The position numbers were made by a program, and so were the translations under genes. A stretch of DNA of 64,000 nucleotides from an uncultured Omnitrophica bacterium (GTDB taxonomy: Bacteria > Omnitrophota > Gorgyraeia > JACQQV01): NCBI GenBank assembly GCA_947085655.1, contig CAMTXH010000011.1, forward strand, positions 1,515 through 65,514, given 5' to 3'. Of this stretch, positions 1 through 8,444 are shown piece by piece. The notes beneath the pieces were generated by a model, which was not told the origin of the DNA, searched no databases, and saw only the letters and a program-made list of their open reading frames with translations. The first letter of the stretch is position 1. Every line of letters starts with the position of its first letter.

Positions 1-74
1 AAGACGGCGGCATTCCGAGTATTATCGGGGCAAGACCTGCGGAGGGATACCCCCATCATTTTGCGGAAGAGGGG

Positions 75-830
75 GTGGATTCAACGCTCGATTTCCTTAC
101 CATTTTGAATGAGAGGCCGCTTGTTTATCCCGTTGTCACTCCGCCGACAGAAGCCCGGGACGGCGCCGGGCGGATTTCGATGAGTCAGGAGGCGGCTCTT
201 TCCCCGGTCCAATCCTACAATCCCTCTGCCTCCGTTCTCCACCCACTTTTACGGGGGAATCCTCCTTTTCTCCAACTGGAACTGACCTCGTCTCTTTTAC
301 AGGCAGATGCCGCCCTGACGGAATTGAGAATCGTTGCGGAACTTTTGGATCGGAGGGGGGTTTCGGATGCGGTGGTTTTGGTGGATCCGACACCGGAGAA
401 GACCGAGCCGCATGAACCGTTTCTAAGGGTTCTCGGTTCCCGGTACGGCTCTGTGGCTTTCCTCACGCCTCAGGAAATAGCCACCCGTTCGCCGAATCGA
501 CAAGGCAGTCCCATTATCCGGATGGGATTGGAGGGAGAGGAAGGGGTTTTCGGCGGAAATGTGGATTATACGCTCACCCTGCCTGCGCCCGATACGTTTA
601 TCTCTTTCTTTAGTTTATTGCAGGTGGCCCTCCTCCACCGTCCGGATGTGCTGAAGGCCTTTCCCGAAGAAAGGGTCAGACAAGTTTCGGGTGAACTCAC
701 CCCCCAGCTTTCAGCCCTCTCCTTGGAAGAGATTCAGTCCCTGGTGCATCGCGCAACGACCCATTTAACCACTCTCAGAACCTCTCTTTTTTATCAACGG
801 GATCTGGAATTCCTCCTGAAAGCCCTCTAA
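75..830 (+). CDS. hypothetical protein (GTG start), no recognisable domain
   Basis: 251-aa ORF preceded by a purine-rich SD-like GAAGAGGGGG. Codon and GC pattern are typical of the rest of the window. No motif recognised. Confidence 0.4.
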   Translation: MDSTLDFLTILNERPLVYPVVTPPTEARDGAGRISMSQEAALSPVQSYNPSASVLHPLLRGNPPFLQLELTSSLLQADAALTELRIVAELLDRRGVSDAVVLVDPTPEKTEPHEPFLRVLGSRYGSVAFLTPQEIATRSPNRQGSPIIRMGLEGEEGVFGGNVDYTLTLPAPDTFISFFSLLQVALLHRPDVLKAFPEERVRQVSGELTPQLSALSLEEIQSLVHRATTHLTTLRTSLFYQRDLEFLLKAL

Positions 831-833
831 CAT

Positions 834-1961
834 TTACCGACGGACAGCCCCCGCCGTTATCCCCGCAATAATGTAGCGCTGGAAAAAGAGAAACACAAGG
901 ATCACCGGGAAAGCGGTCAGGCTGGCCCCCGCCAGAAGATGCGCCCAGTCGACTCCCTGGAGATCTTTGTAGAGAGCGAGTCCCACTGGAAGAGTCCTCA
1001 TTTCGGCGGTATTGGTGAGGAGAAAGGGGTATAAGAACGCATTCCAGCACCTGATAAAGGTGTTGATCCCGACCACCGCCAGCGCCGGCCTGGAAAGAGG
1101 GAGGACGATGTCGAAGAAGATCTGAAAATCCCCCGCCCCGTCCATCCGCGCCGCATCCTCCAGAGAACGGGGAAGGGCGGAAATATACTGGCGCATCAGG
1201 AAAATATTGAACGGGAGGACAAGGTTCGGGATGGTCAACGACCAGTAGCGATTCAACCACCCGAAATTTTTCATCAGGATGAAGACCGGGACCATCAGGA
1301 CCTGCGGCGGAATCATGATGCTTGCCAGGACCAAAATGAAAAGGACTTCTTTTCCGGCGAATTCCTTCCGGGCAAAGGCATACCCGACCATCGCAGAAAA
1401 GAGGAGATTCCCCGCCACGACGGCGACGGCGATCAAAAGACTGTTCAGGAAATAGCGTCCGAAAAGGTCGCTCGTCAGAACATCCCTGTAATGATCCAGC
1501 GTCCAGTTCCGGAAGCGGAGCCGGACATCCCGGACGGAAACTCCCCCTTCTTTTTTGAAGGTGAGGATCTCTGCAATCTTTTCCGGAAGAGAGGGAAGGA
1601 GGGACGAAAGGTCAAAACGCCGGATTGGAATCGTCACGCGCTGCCACGTTTGTGCGATGCCCCTTTTCAAAAAGGGATCTACCGCGATGGACGTTTCGTG
1701 TCCCAGGACATCCCTCAAACCGACCCTGAGAGATTCCCCCCCTTTTTTTCCTTTCACCCAAAACGAGAGAGACCGAAACTTCCGCATGTCGGAACGGAGG
1801 AAAAAACTTTCCGTCTCTGGTATCCGTTCATCCACCGCCAACTCCTGAGCGGTCCATCCGAATGTTCCCACCGGCTTCACCGAACCGTAACCCATCAGAC
1901 CCAGGGGGGTAAGCGCCACACAGAGGAGAATCGTAAGAAGGACAATCGCCCAAATTTTCAT
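834..1961 (-). CDS. CUT1-family sugar ABC transporter permease (MalG-like) with an enlarged first periplasmic loop
   Basis: EAA motif 'EDAARMDGAGDFQIFFDIVLPLSRPALAV'. Start moved to the in-frame ATG at 1961 (MKIWAIVLL...), which overlaps the upstream gene's stop as ATGA. The longer ORF start at 2249 would overlap the upstream CDS by about 290 bp. Confidence 0.8.
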   Translation of the reverse strand: MKIWAIVLLTILLCVALTPLGLMGYGSVKPVGTFGWTAQELAVDERIPETESFFLRSDMRKFRSLSFWVKGKKGGESLRVGLRDVLGHETSIAVDPFLKRGIAQTWQRVTIPIRRFDLSSLLPSLPEKIAEILTFKKEGGVSVRDVRLRFRNWTLDHYRDVLTSDLFGRYFLNSLLIAVAVVAGNLLFSAMVGYAFARKEFAGKEVLFILVLASIMIPPQVLMVPVFILMKNFGWLNRYWSLTIPNLVLPFNIFLMRQYISALPRSLEDAARMDGAGDFQIFFDIVLPLSRPALAVVGINTFIRCWNAFLYPFLLTNTAEMRTLPVGLALYKDLQGVDWAHLLAGASLTAFPVILVFLFFQRYIIAGITAGAVRR

Positions 1962-4204
1962 TCGGAGGTCTCCTCTCCGATCCCAAAAATTCGCATCTGG
2001 GCAAGAGAAAGAAGAAGGGTGATGATAAAAAGAAGGTATCCGACGGCGGAAGCAAGGCCCATTTCGAATTTTTGGAATCCGGTTTCGTAGAGATGGTACA
2101 CAACCGTTTTGGTTGCACCGAGGGGACCTCCCTGCGTCATGGTGAGAACTTCCGGAAAAACCTGAAGCGAATGAATCGTATGAATCACCACCACAAAAAG
2201 AATGATCGGCCTGAGCTGCGGAAGCGTAATCCGCCGGAACTTCTGCCATTCGCTGGCGCCGTCGATTGCCGCCGCTTCGTATAAGTTTTCCGGAATGGTG
2301 TTGAGTCCCGCCAGAAAGAGAATCATGTAATAGCCGAAGCTGGCCCAGATATTCATCATCATGATGCTCGGGAGAGCCAAGCGGGGATGAACGAGCCAGC
2401 TCGGCACCGGTTTCGGAAGGCCGGCTTTGTCCAAAAGCATATTGATGGGACCGGTTGGAGAATAGAGATAGGTAAAGAGGGTGGCAATGACGATCACGGA
2501 GGTGACGACCGGCAGAAAAAGCCCCGCCTGGTAGAGCTGCTTGAAGGGGATCTTCCGGTGAATCAGGACGGCCGCCCCCAGCGCCAGCGCCAGAGTCGGC
2601 GGGATGGTTCCGGCTGCAAAAAAGAGCGTGTGTCCCAGCGCCCGGTGGAAGTCCGCACTTTTCAGGAGGTCGACGTAATTCTGAAACCCCAAGAAGCGGC
2701 TCTCTCCGGTTAAAAGGGGATACCGCGAAAAACTCATCACAACGGAATGGAGAAGGGGATAGAGGCCAAAAAGGGCAAATGTCAAAAGCCAGGGGGAGAG
2801 GAAAATGAAAGTCGAGAAGGAACGTTCAATGGCGGGACGGACAAAACCCTCCCTTTTTTTGCGTATCCAAAGAACCGACACAAAAATGAGAAAGCACCCT
2901 GCCCAAAGAATCCCTGTTAAGAGTTGATCCCGGAAAAGAGGCCGCTTTGCTTCCTCGGCAAGGAGCCGGTCGATGCTCACCTGGGCATTCCGGAGCGCTT
3001 TCTCCGGCGGGGTATTCCCGATCATCACTTCTTCGACCGCCCGGGTGATGAAGGCCTGAAGTTCCGGCCAGAGCGGATGCGTCGGCGGTGAAACGGCGGT
3101 GGCCATCTGCTCCAAGAAACGCCGCGGGTGATGTTGCGACTGAAAATAGGGGTCCTCAACGCTTTTTTTAAAGGCGGGGAGGACATTCTGATGATGTTTA
3201 ACCACTTCCATCGTCTGGGATTCCTCAATGAGGAAGCGGATGAGTTGGAGGGATTCCTCCGGATGAGGAGAACTTTTCAAGAGGGCCAGGACTTCTCCCC
3301 CTGCAAAGGCGGCGGCTGTGCCGGCTTTGTCCGGCTTCGGGAGGAGTGCTGTTTGGAAACGGAGTTCCGGATTGAGCCGCGGAATCAGCCGGAGATTCCA
3401 GGCCCCCGAGATCTGCATGCCGACCTTTCCTTCCGCAAAAAGGGTGTTGACCTGACCCTGTCGCTCCACGAGCGAGAAGGGTTTCAGTTGCCGGTAAAAA
3501 GAGAGCGCCTCTAAAACCGCCGGCTGGTCCAGAAGAATCCGGTGCGGGTCTTCGGTCGAAAGAATCGCACCGTTTCCCCAGGCGAAGGGAAGAAATTCCT
3601 GCCAGGGGCTGTAAGGTTCTCCCGCAAAAATCGAGAAGCCGTAAATCCCTTTTTCGGGTTGATGAATCTGCCGGGCCGCCTGCAACAGTTCCGACCAGGT
3701 CCTTGGAGGAAAGTTGGGATTGAGTCCCGCGTTACGGAAGAGCTCTTTGTTGTAGAAAAGAAGCCGCGTTCCGACAAGCCATGGGAAGCCGTACACTTTT
3801 CCGTCGGAGGAGACGCTTTCCCAGAGATGGTAATGTTCCCGGAGAGGGGAGGTTTCCTGCGTCACCTCTTTGAGCAACCCCGCATGGATGAATTTGGCAA
3901 CCCAATCGATCCCCAACTCCGCCACATCCGGCGGGTTACCCGCCGCCATGGCAATGATGATTTTTTCAAGACCATGTTCCCAGGAGAGTTGCTGGATGCG
4001 GACCTGAATGTGAGGATGTTCGGTTTCGAACCGCTCCAGAAGGCGCGCCAAAAACGCTTCATTGGCGGAGAATTCCCAGACCGTCAGGGTGATTTTTTCG
4101 GGTGCGCTTTGAACACCGTCCAAGGGGAGGAGGAAGGCGATGGAGAAAAGGACAATCCCAATCCCACTTTTCAGAGAGTGGAGATGCATTCTTTGAGATC
4201 TCAT
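1958..4204 (-). CDS. fusion protein: N-terminal extracellular solute-binding protein (signal peptide + SBP domain, about 430 aa) joined to a MalF-like ABC permease
   Basis: N-terminal signal peptide (MRSQRMHLHSLKSGIGIVLFSIAFLLP), then an SBP-like region, then 6 TM segments carrying the EAA motif 'EAAAIDGASEWQKFRRITLPQLRPI'. Confidence 0.8.
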   Translation of the reverse strand: MRSQRMHLHSLKSGIGIVLFSIAFLLPLDGVQSAPEKITLTVWEFSANEAFLARLLERFETEHPHIQVRIQQLSWEHGLEKIIIAMAAGNPPDVAELGIDWVAKFIHAGLLKEVTQETSPLREHYHLWESVSSDGKVYGFPWLVGTRLLFYNKELFRNAGLNPNFPPRTWSELLQAARQIHQPEKGIYGFSIFAGEPYSPWQEFLPFAWGNGAILSTEDPHRILLDQPAVLEALSFYRQLKPFSLVERQGQVNTLFAEGKVGMQISGAWNLRLIPRLNPELRFQTALLPKPDKAGTAAAFAGGEVLALLKSSPHPEESLQLIRFLIEESQTMEVVKHHQNVLPAFKKSVEDPYFQSQHHPRRFLEQMATAVSPPTHPLWPELQAFITRAVEEVMIGNTPPEKALRNAQVSIDRLLAEEAKRPLFRDQLLTGILWAGCFLIFVSVLWIRKKREGFVRPAIERSFSTFIFLSPWLLTFALFGLYPLLHSVVMSFSRYPLLTGESRFLGFQNYVDLLKSADFHRALGHTLFFAAGTIPPTLALALGAAVLIHRKIPFKQLYQAGLFLPVVTSVIVIATLFTYLYSPTGPINMLLDKAGLPKPVPSWLVHPRLALPSIMMMNIWASFGYYMILFLAGLNTIPENLYEAAAIDGASEWQKFRRITLPQLRPIILFVVVIHTIHSLQVFPEVLTMTQGGPLGATKTVVYHLYETGFQKFEMGLASAVGYLLFIITLLLSLAQMRIFGIGEETSE

Positions 4205-4207
4205 TTG

Positions 4208-4254
4208 TATCCCGCCCTTTCCGCAATGAACTGGTACACTGAAAGGGCGGGATA
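4208..4254. promoter_or_regulatory. 14-bp perfect inverted repeat (TATCCCGCCCTTTC-N19-GAAAGGGCGGGATA) abutting the start codon of the SBP-permease gene
   Basis: Read directly. Begins 4 nt upstream of the minus-strand ATG at 4204, so it would include that gene's SD region. Confidence 0.4.
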
Positions 4255-4260
4255 AAATTC

Positions 4261-4351
4261 GGACAACGACTTACGTCCCTCGACTCCGCTCGGGACAGCC
4301 CTGAGCGAAGTCGAAGGGCGTCGGCCTCGATGGCCTCCGTAAGTCGTGTCC
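4261..4351. repeat. hairpin repeat with 14/15-bp TIR (GGACAACGACTTACG / CGTAAGTCGTGTCC), sharing a 20-mer with 41588-41615
   Basis: The internal imperfect palindrome CCCTCGACTCCGCTCGGG / CCCTGAGCGAAGTCGAAGGG is the reverse complement of CCCTTCGACTCCGCTCAGGG seen at 41592-41611. Confidence 0.5.
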
Positions 4352-4423
4352 TCATTTTACAAAAAATCCCTTGTGAAATCTATGGTTTTATGATAAAGTA
4401 TCCTCAATTTTCCACACCATGCG

Positions 4424-6199
4424 ATGACAGAAACGATCGCTCTATCCTTTATCGATTGGCTCATCATCCTCTTCTATTTTGTCCTTTCCCTCGCCGTCGG
4501 TCTTTACTACACGAAGCGCGCCACAGGAAGTCTCACCGAATACTTTGTCGCCGGCCGGACCTTGAGCTGGTGGCTGGCCGGAACCTCCATTGTCGCCACC
4601 TCCTTTGCCGCCGATACTCCCCTTGCGATCGCCGGAATCGTCCGGACCCGAGGCATTCAGGGAAACTGGTACTGGTGGAGCGGGCTCATGGGAGGAATGC
4701 TCTGCGTTTTCTTTTATGCGCGGCTTTGGCGTCGTGCCCGGATTCTGACCGATGTGGAATTTGTGGAACTCCGTTACGGCGGAAAAGCGGCCTCGGGCCT
4801 TCGTCTTTTTCATGCCCTTTACCGTTCCACCCTCTTTAATACGGTGACAATGGGATGGGTGATTCTTGCGATGGCAAAAATTGTCCATGAGCTTCTCGGG
4901 TGGGACAAGGCCTTCTCCGTCAGCGTACTGGTGGTGATGACGCTCGTGTATACCCTCCTTTCGGGGATTTGGGGAGCGGTGGTGACCGATTTTTTCCAAT
5001 TTATCTGGGCGATGACAGGGTGCATTGTGTTGGCTATCCTCGTGGTGATCAAAACGGGAGGGCCGGCGGAACTTGTGATAAAGGCCATTGAATCTGCCAG
5101 AGCGCTTCAAGGAACGGAGACACTTTCAAAGGTGATTACGCCTGATCAACTGACCGGTTTTGTCCCTTCGCCGGGAGCGACAAACCTTGCCATTTTTTCC
5201 TTTTTTGTCTTTATTTTCTTTCAGTGGCTCGGGGGCGGCGAGGGAGGGGGATTCCTGGCCCAGCGGCTTTTTTCCACCAAAAATGAGAAACATTCGATGC
5301 TCGCGGTCCTCTGGTATAACTTCGCCCATTACGCCGTGAGACCCTGGCCCTGGATCATCGTCGGGCTCGGCTCCCTCATCTATTTTCCGAATATCGCGGA
5401 TCCCGAATCCTCCTATCCGAAGATGATGGTGATGTTTCTGCCGGTGGGATGGAGGGGATTCTTGGTGGCCGGATTCCTTGCCGCATTCATGTCGACCATC
5501 ACCACGCATCTCAACTGGGGCGCTTCTTACCTGGTGAACGACTTCTATAAACGTTTCATCAGGAAGGATGCCTCTGAGAGGCATTATGTATTTGTGTCGC
5601 AGCTTGCAACCTTCCTCATGGCAGTTCTTGCGGGGTTCACCGCTTGGAGGATGAAATCCATTTATGAGGCATGGCTTTTTATCCAGCTTCTCATGGTCGG
5701 AACCTCCCTGGTGGTTCTTTTGCGATGGTACTGGTGGCGAATCAACGTCTGGTCAGAGCTTTCTGCGATGATCTCCTCTTTAGTCATTTCGCTCACCCTT
5801 GAGAAAAGCCCCGCCTTTAAAAGTATCCAAGGACCGGACTTTTATGCGGTGAGACTTGTGATTACCCTTGCGATCTGCACGGTGATCTGGATCCTGGTGA
5901 CGTTGCTCACAAAACCGGTTGAGGAAAAACAGCTGGAAGATTTCTTCCGTCATGTGCGGCCGGGGGGGATGTGGGGACCGATTGCGAAAAAATGCAGCGA
6001 TGTAAAGAAACTGCACTTGGGGTTTCCGGAAGTGGCGAACTTTTTCCTCGGGACGATCTGTATCTATTCTTCGTTATTCAGTATCGGGTGGCTTATGATG
6101 GGACAAATCCAGCGCGGACTGATAGCGGCGGGACTCTGCGCCCTTTCCGGATACTTCATGTTTTTCCTTATTTCAAAGATGGACTGGGAAGGGATATAG
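4424..6199 (+). CDS. sodium:solute symporter family (SSF) transporter
   Basis: 591 aa, about 13 TM. SSF-like segment 'GWRGFLVAGFLAAFMSTITTHLNWGASYLVNDFY'. The stop codon TAG is formed at the junction with the repeat element. Confidence 0.85.
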   Translation: MTETIALSFIDWLIILFYFVLSLAVGLYYTKRATGSLTEYFVAGRTLSWWLAGTSIVATSFAADTPLAIAGIVRTRGIQGNWYWWSGLMGGMLCVFFYARLWRRARILTDVEFVELRYGGKAASGLRLFHALYRSTLFNTVTMGWVILAMAKIVHELLGWDKAFSVSVLVVMTLVYTLLSGIWGAVVTDFFQFIWAMTGCIVLAILVVIKTGGPAELVIKAIESARALQGTETLSKVITPDQLTGFVPSPGATNLAIFSFFVFIFFQWLGGGEGGGFLAQRLFSTKNEKHSMLAVLWYNFAHYAVRPWPWIIVGLGSLIYFPNIADPESSYPKMMVMFLPVGWRGFLVAGFLAAFMSTITTHLNWGASYLVNDFYKRFIRKDASERHYVFVSQLATFLMAVLAGFTAWRMKSIYEAWLFIQLLMVGTSLVVLLRWYWWRINVWSELSAMISSLVISLTLEKSPAFKSIQGPDFYAVRLVITLAICTVIWILVTLLTKPVEEKQLEDFFRHVRPGGMWGPIAKKCSDVKKLHLGFPEVANFFLGTICIYSSLFSIGWLMMGQIQRGLIAAGLCALSGYFMFFLISKMDWEGI

Positions 6200-6346
6200 G
6201 GACGTTTTCAGAAAGTGTCCCCCTGGCCTGCCGGCCAGGGCAGGCCAGCGTGAAGGAGATACAAGGAACACTTTCGAAAACGTCCCTCGAAAGGAAACGT
6301 CCCAAAAACGATGGGGACACTTCGGGGCCAGAAGTAGAAACGTCCC
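6199..6346. repeat. MITE-like TIR element (composite copy) of the GGGACGTTT family, flanked by TA
   Basis: Termini GGGACGTTTTCAGAAAGTG ... and ... TAGAAACGTCCC. An internal complete small copy (6199-6284, 18-bp TIR) plus a right half resembling the other copies. Flanked by TA dinucleotides (6197-98 and 6347-48). Confidence 0.65.
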
Positions 6347-7128
6347 TACGCAGTCTGACGTTTCATCTCCTGAAGCATTCCTCTCAAAGCAGCCACAATC
6401 GCCCGCTCGTCCTTGGGGAGCTCTTCCGCCATTAACTCCAGACAAAGCCCTTCTCCGTAACGGTGTTTCACAAGGCGCGCAAGAAGTTCTTTGAGGGGGA
6501 GAACGCCATTCCCCGGTTTCAGATGCTCGCGCCCGCCCCGGTAATCGCTGTATTGGACCTGCTTGATTCTTCCGGTCTGGTAGAGAAGTTCAAAGTCCTC
6601 CAGAAAATCCCGCTTTTTGGTTCCCATGTGGGAGGAATCGAAACTCAAATAAAGGTTCCGCTCCATTAGAAAACGCTGAAGGCGCTCCGTTTTTGAGAGG
6701 AGGTGGGGGTCGCCGAAATAGCGGGCAAGACGGGGCATGTTTTCGACGCTGATCATCGTTTTCCCTCCGCTCACCTCTTTTTGGAAATCCCCGATTCGGA
6801 GAAACCATAAACAAAAACCCACTTCAAGGAGGAGCCAGCCGGGCGGATGGAAGTTCACAAGGGGTATCCCGGTTTCGGCGGCAAGCCGGACGGTCTTTTC
6901 GATTTTTTCCACCGGGTTCCCCCAGCCCCAAAGATTGATAAAAGGCACATGGACCGAATCGACCGGAAGAATTTTTTGAAGTTCCCGGACCAGTCCTGCC
7001 TCGTCCGTATTTTGAAATTCGCGGGTAATCATCAGGTTCATCCCGTCGAAACCGGCTTCCTTTGCGAGAGTGAAAACCTTCCGGACGGGCAGGGTATAAA
7101 ACGAACCGCTGGTTAAAAGGTAACGCAT
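6346..7128 (-). CDS. sugar phosphate isomerase/epimerase (xylose-isomerase-like TIM barrel)
   Basis: 260 aa, TIM-barrel-like. The family call is by weak overall resemblance (no hallmark motif identified) plus adjacency to sugar transporters. The stop TAG (6348..6346) is also built from the repeat terminus plus TA. Confidence 0.6.
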   Translation of the reverse strand: MRYLLTSGSFYTLPVRKVFTLAKEAGFDGMNLMITREFQNTDEAGLVRELQKILPVDSVHVPFINLWGWGNPVEKIEKTVRLAAETGIPLVNFHPPGWLLLEVGFCLWFLRIGDFQKEVSGGKTMISVENMPRLARYFGDPHLLSKTERLQRFLMERNLYLSFDSSHMGTKKRDFLEDFELLYQTGRIKQVQYSDYRGGREHLKPGNGVLPLKELLARLVKHRYGEGLCLELMAEELPKDERAIVAALRGMLQEMKRQTA

Positions 7129-7130
7129 TC

Positions 7131-8393
7131 TTATGTTCCCGGAATTTTCTGAACCAGGTCAAAACTGCGGACCGACAGATGTTGTAACCGTGAAATGGTG
7201 GCCAACGCTTCCTCCAGTTTTTTCTTCTCCTCCTCTCCCAAATCCTTTGGGGCGACGTAATAGTCCACTTTTTTACGGCCCGCCTTCAGAATCTCAATCT
7301 GCTTGAAAATCTTGATCCGGGTGAGGGTGAAGTAGGCCTCCTGAAGTTCGGCCGAAAACTTGGCGTCAAAATGACCGAGCCGTTCAAGGGTGAGGATCCG
7401 TTTGACGGTATTGGTTTCACGGACCCCGTAACGGAGGGCATAGACCAACACCAGCATCACCAACGGCATCCATCCCAGCAGTTTCGCATTAAATTGTCCT
7501 TTGTGTTTCCCGCGCCGCTCCAGTTTGAATCCGCGGAAGACCGCGCGGGCAAGCGGCATTTTTGTCGCCACCTCGGCGATCTCCCGGATCAGCCCCAGAT
7601 TCAGCCGCGGCACTTTATAAAGTTCGTGAATGAACTGGGAAGCGAGCGCCGAATCCCCGACAACATGTTTGGCGTCCATCAATGTAATCACTGAAACAAG
7701 CGCTTCTTCCTGAAAGGCGATTTCCCGGAGCCGCTTTTTCCACTCTTCCAGCGTATACCGCCACAAGGGATTGGAGGCCATGGTGCCGCCCTGGCAGAGG
7801 GCGAATCCGATTTTATCGAGGGCCTTGACCGCCCGTTTGGAGAACTCCTCAAAATAGTCCCGGTCCTCCGGATGCTCAACCACGATGAGATTGTCCTGGT
7901 CCACGATAAGGGTCTGCTCCTCTCTTCCGGCGCTTCCCATCCGGATCCAGGCGTACCGGCCTTTCGGTATCCGGCGTTCGCGTTTCAATTCTTTTTCGAC
8001 CAGGGTCATGACCTGCTCGGTGAGTTGATCATGATGCTGTGTGCAGAGTTCGTGCGTTTCCATGACCGCATGGGTCTTTTCAAAGAGCCGGTAGGTGATC
8101 TGGGTCAGTTTTTCACGGATCGGGACAAGCTCCTGGATCGTCTTGGCCTGCCGGATCTTTTCAAATTCCCGGCCGTAGGCGCTTCGAAGATCCCGGATCG
8201 CCTTCAGTTCCCGCTCGATATAATCCCCGAACCGCTCCAGGAACGTATACCGGACATAGCCGGGAAGGCCCTCGAAGATTTCGTTGTAAATCTTGATAAA
8301 GTCCTGAAGGAGGGTCCCGATCCAGAGTTCCCGTCCCCGCTCCCCTGGGAAAAACTTGATCAGCCGGTTGATTTCCCTGAATTTGTCTTCCAT
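7131..8393 (-). CDS. DUF294-type putative nucleotidyltransferase (GlnD-like NTase domain protein)
   Basis: Segment 'LIVDQDNLIVVEHPEDRDYFEEFSKRAVKALDKIGFAL' resembles the DUF294 NTase core. Start trimmed to the ATG at 8393 (MEDKFREINR...) to remove the overlap with the divergent gene. There is a 2-bp gap to the downstream isomerase. Confidence 0.55.
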   Translation of the reverse strand: MEDKFREINRLIKFFPGERGRELWIGTLLQDFIKIYNEIFEGLPGYVRYTFLERFGDYIERELKAIRDLRSAYGREFEKIRQAKTIQELVPIREKLTQITYRLFEKTHAVMETHELCTQHHDQLTEQVMTLVEKELKRERRIPKGRYAWIRMGSAGREEQTLIVDQDNLIVVEHPEDRDYFEEFSKRAVKALDKIGFALCQGGTMASNPLWRYTLEEWKKRLREIAFQEEALVSVITLMDAKHVVGDSALASQFIHELYKVPRLNLGLIREIAEVATKMPLARAVFRGFKLERRGKHKGQFNAKLLGWMPLVMLVLVYALRYGVRETNTVKRILTLERLGHFDAKFSAELQEAYFTLTRIKIFKQIEILKAGRKKVDYYVAPKDLGEEEKKKLEEALATISRLQHLSVRSFDLVQKIPGT

Positions 8394-8404
8394 GCAAGGA
8401 TATC

Positions 8405-8435
8405 TTAACACAAAACGAATTCTTCTTGCTATAAT
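8405..8435 (+). promoter_or_regulatory. candidate promoter (TTAACA-19 bp-TATAAT) in the divergent intergenic region
   Basis: TATAAT at 8430-8435. The spacer is suboptimal (19 bp). Lies between the divergently oriented genes. Confidence 0.35.
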
Positions 8436-8444
8436 CAGAAAAAG

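Noticed and set aside
1962-2249. Upstream extension of the MalG-like permease ORF to the ATG at 2249
   Set aside because: It would overlap the upstream SBP-permease gene by about 290 bp. The internal ATG at 1961 gives a canonical N-terminal TM helix and an ATGA stop/start junction.
4330-4839. 169-aa plus-strand ORF overlapping the 5' end of the SSF transporter in another frame
   Set aside because: Out-of-frame overlap with a well-supported transporter gene. The translation is Arg/Cys-rich with no domain.
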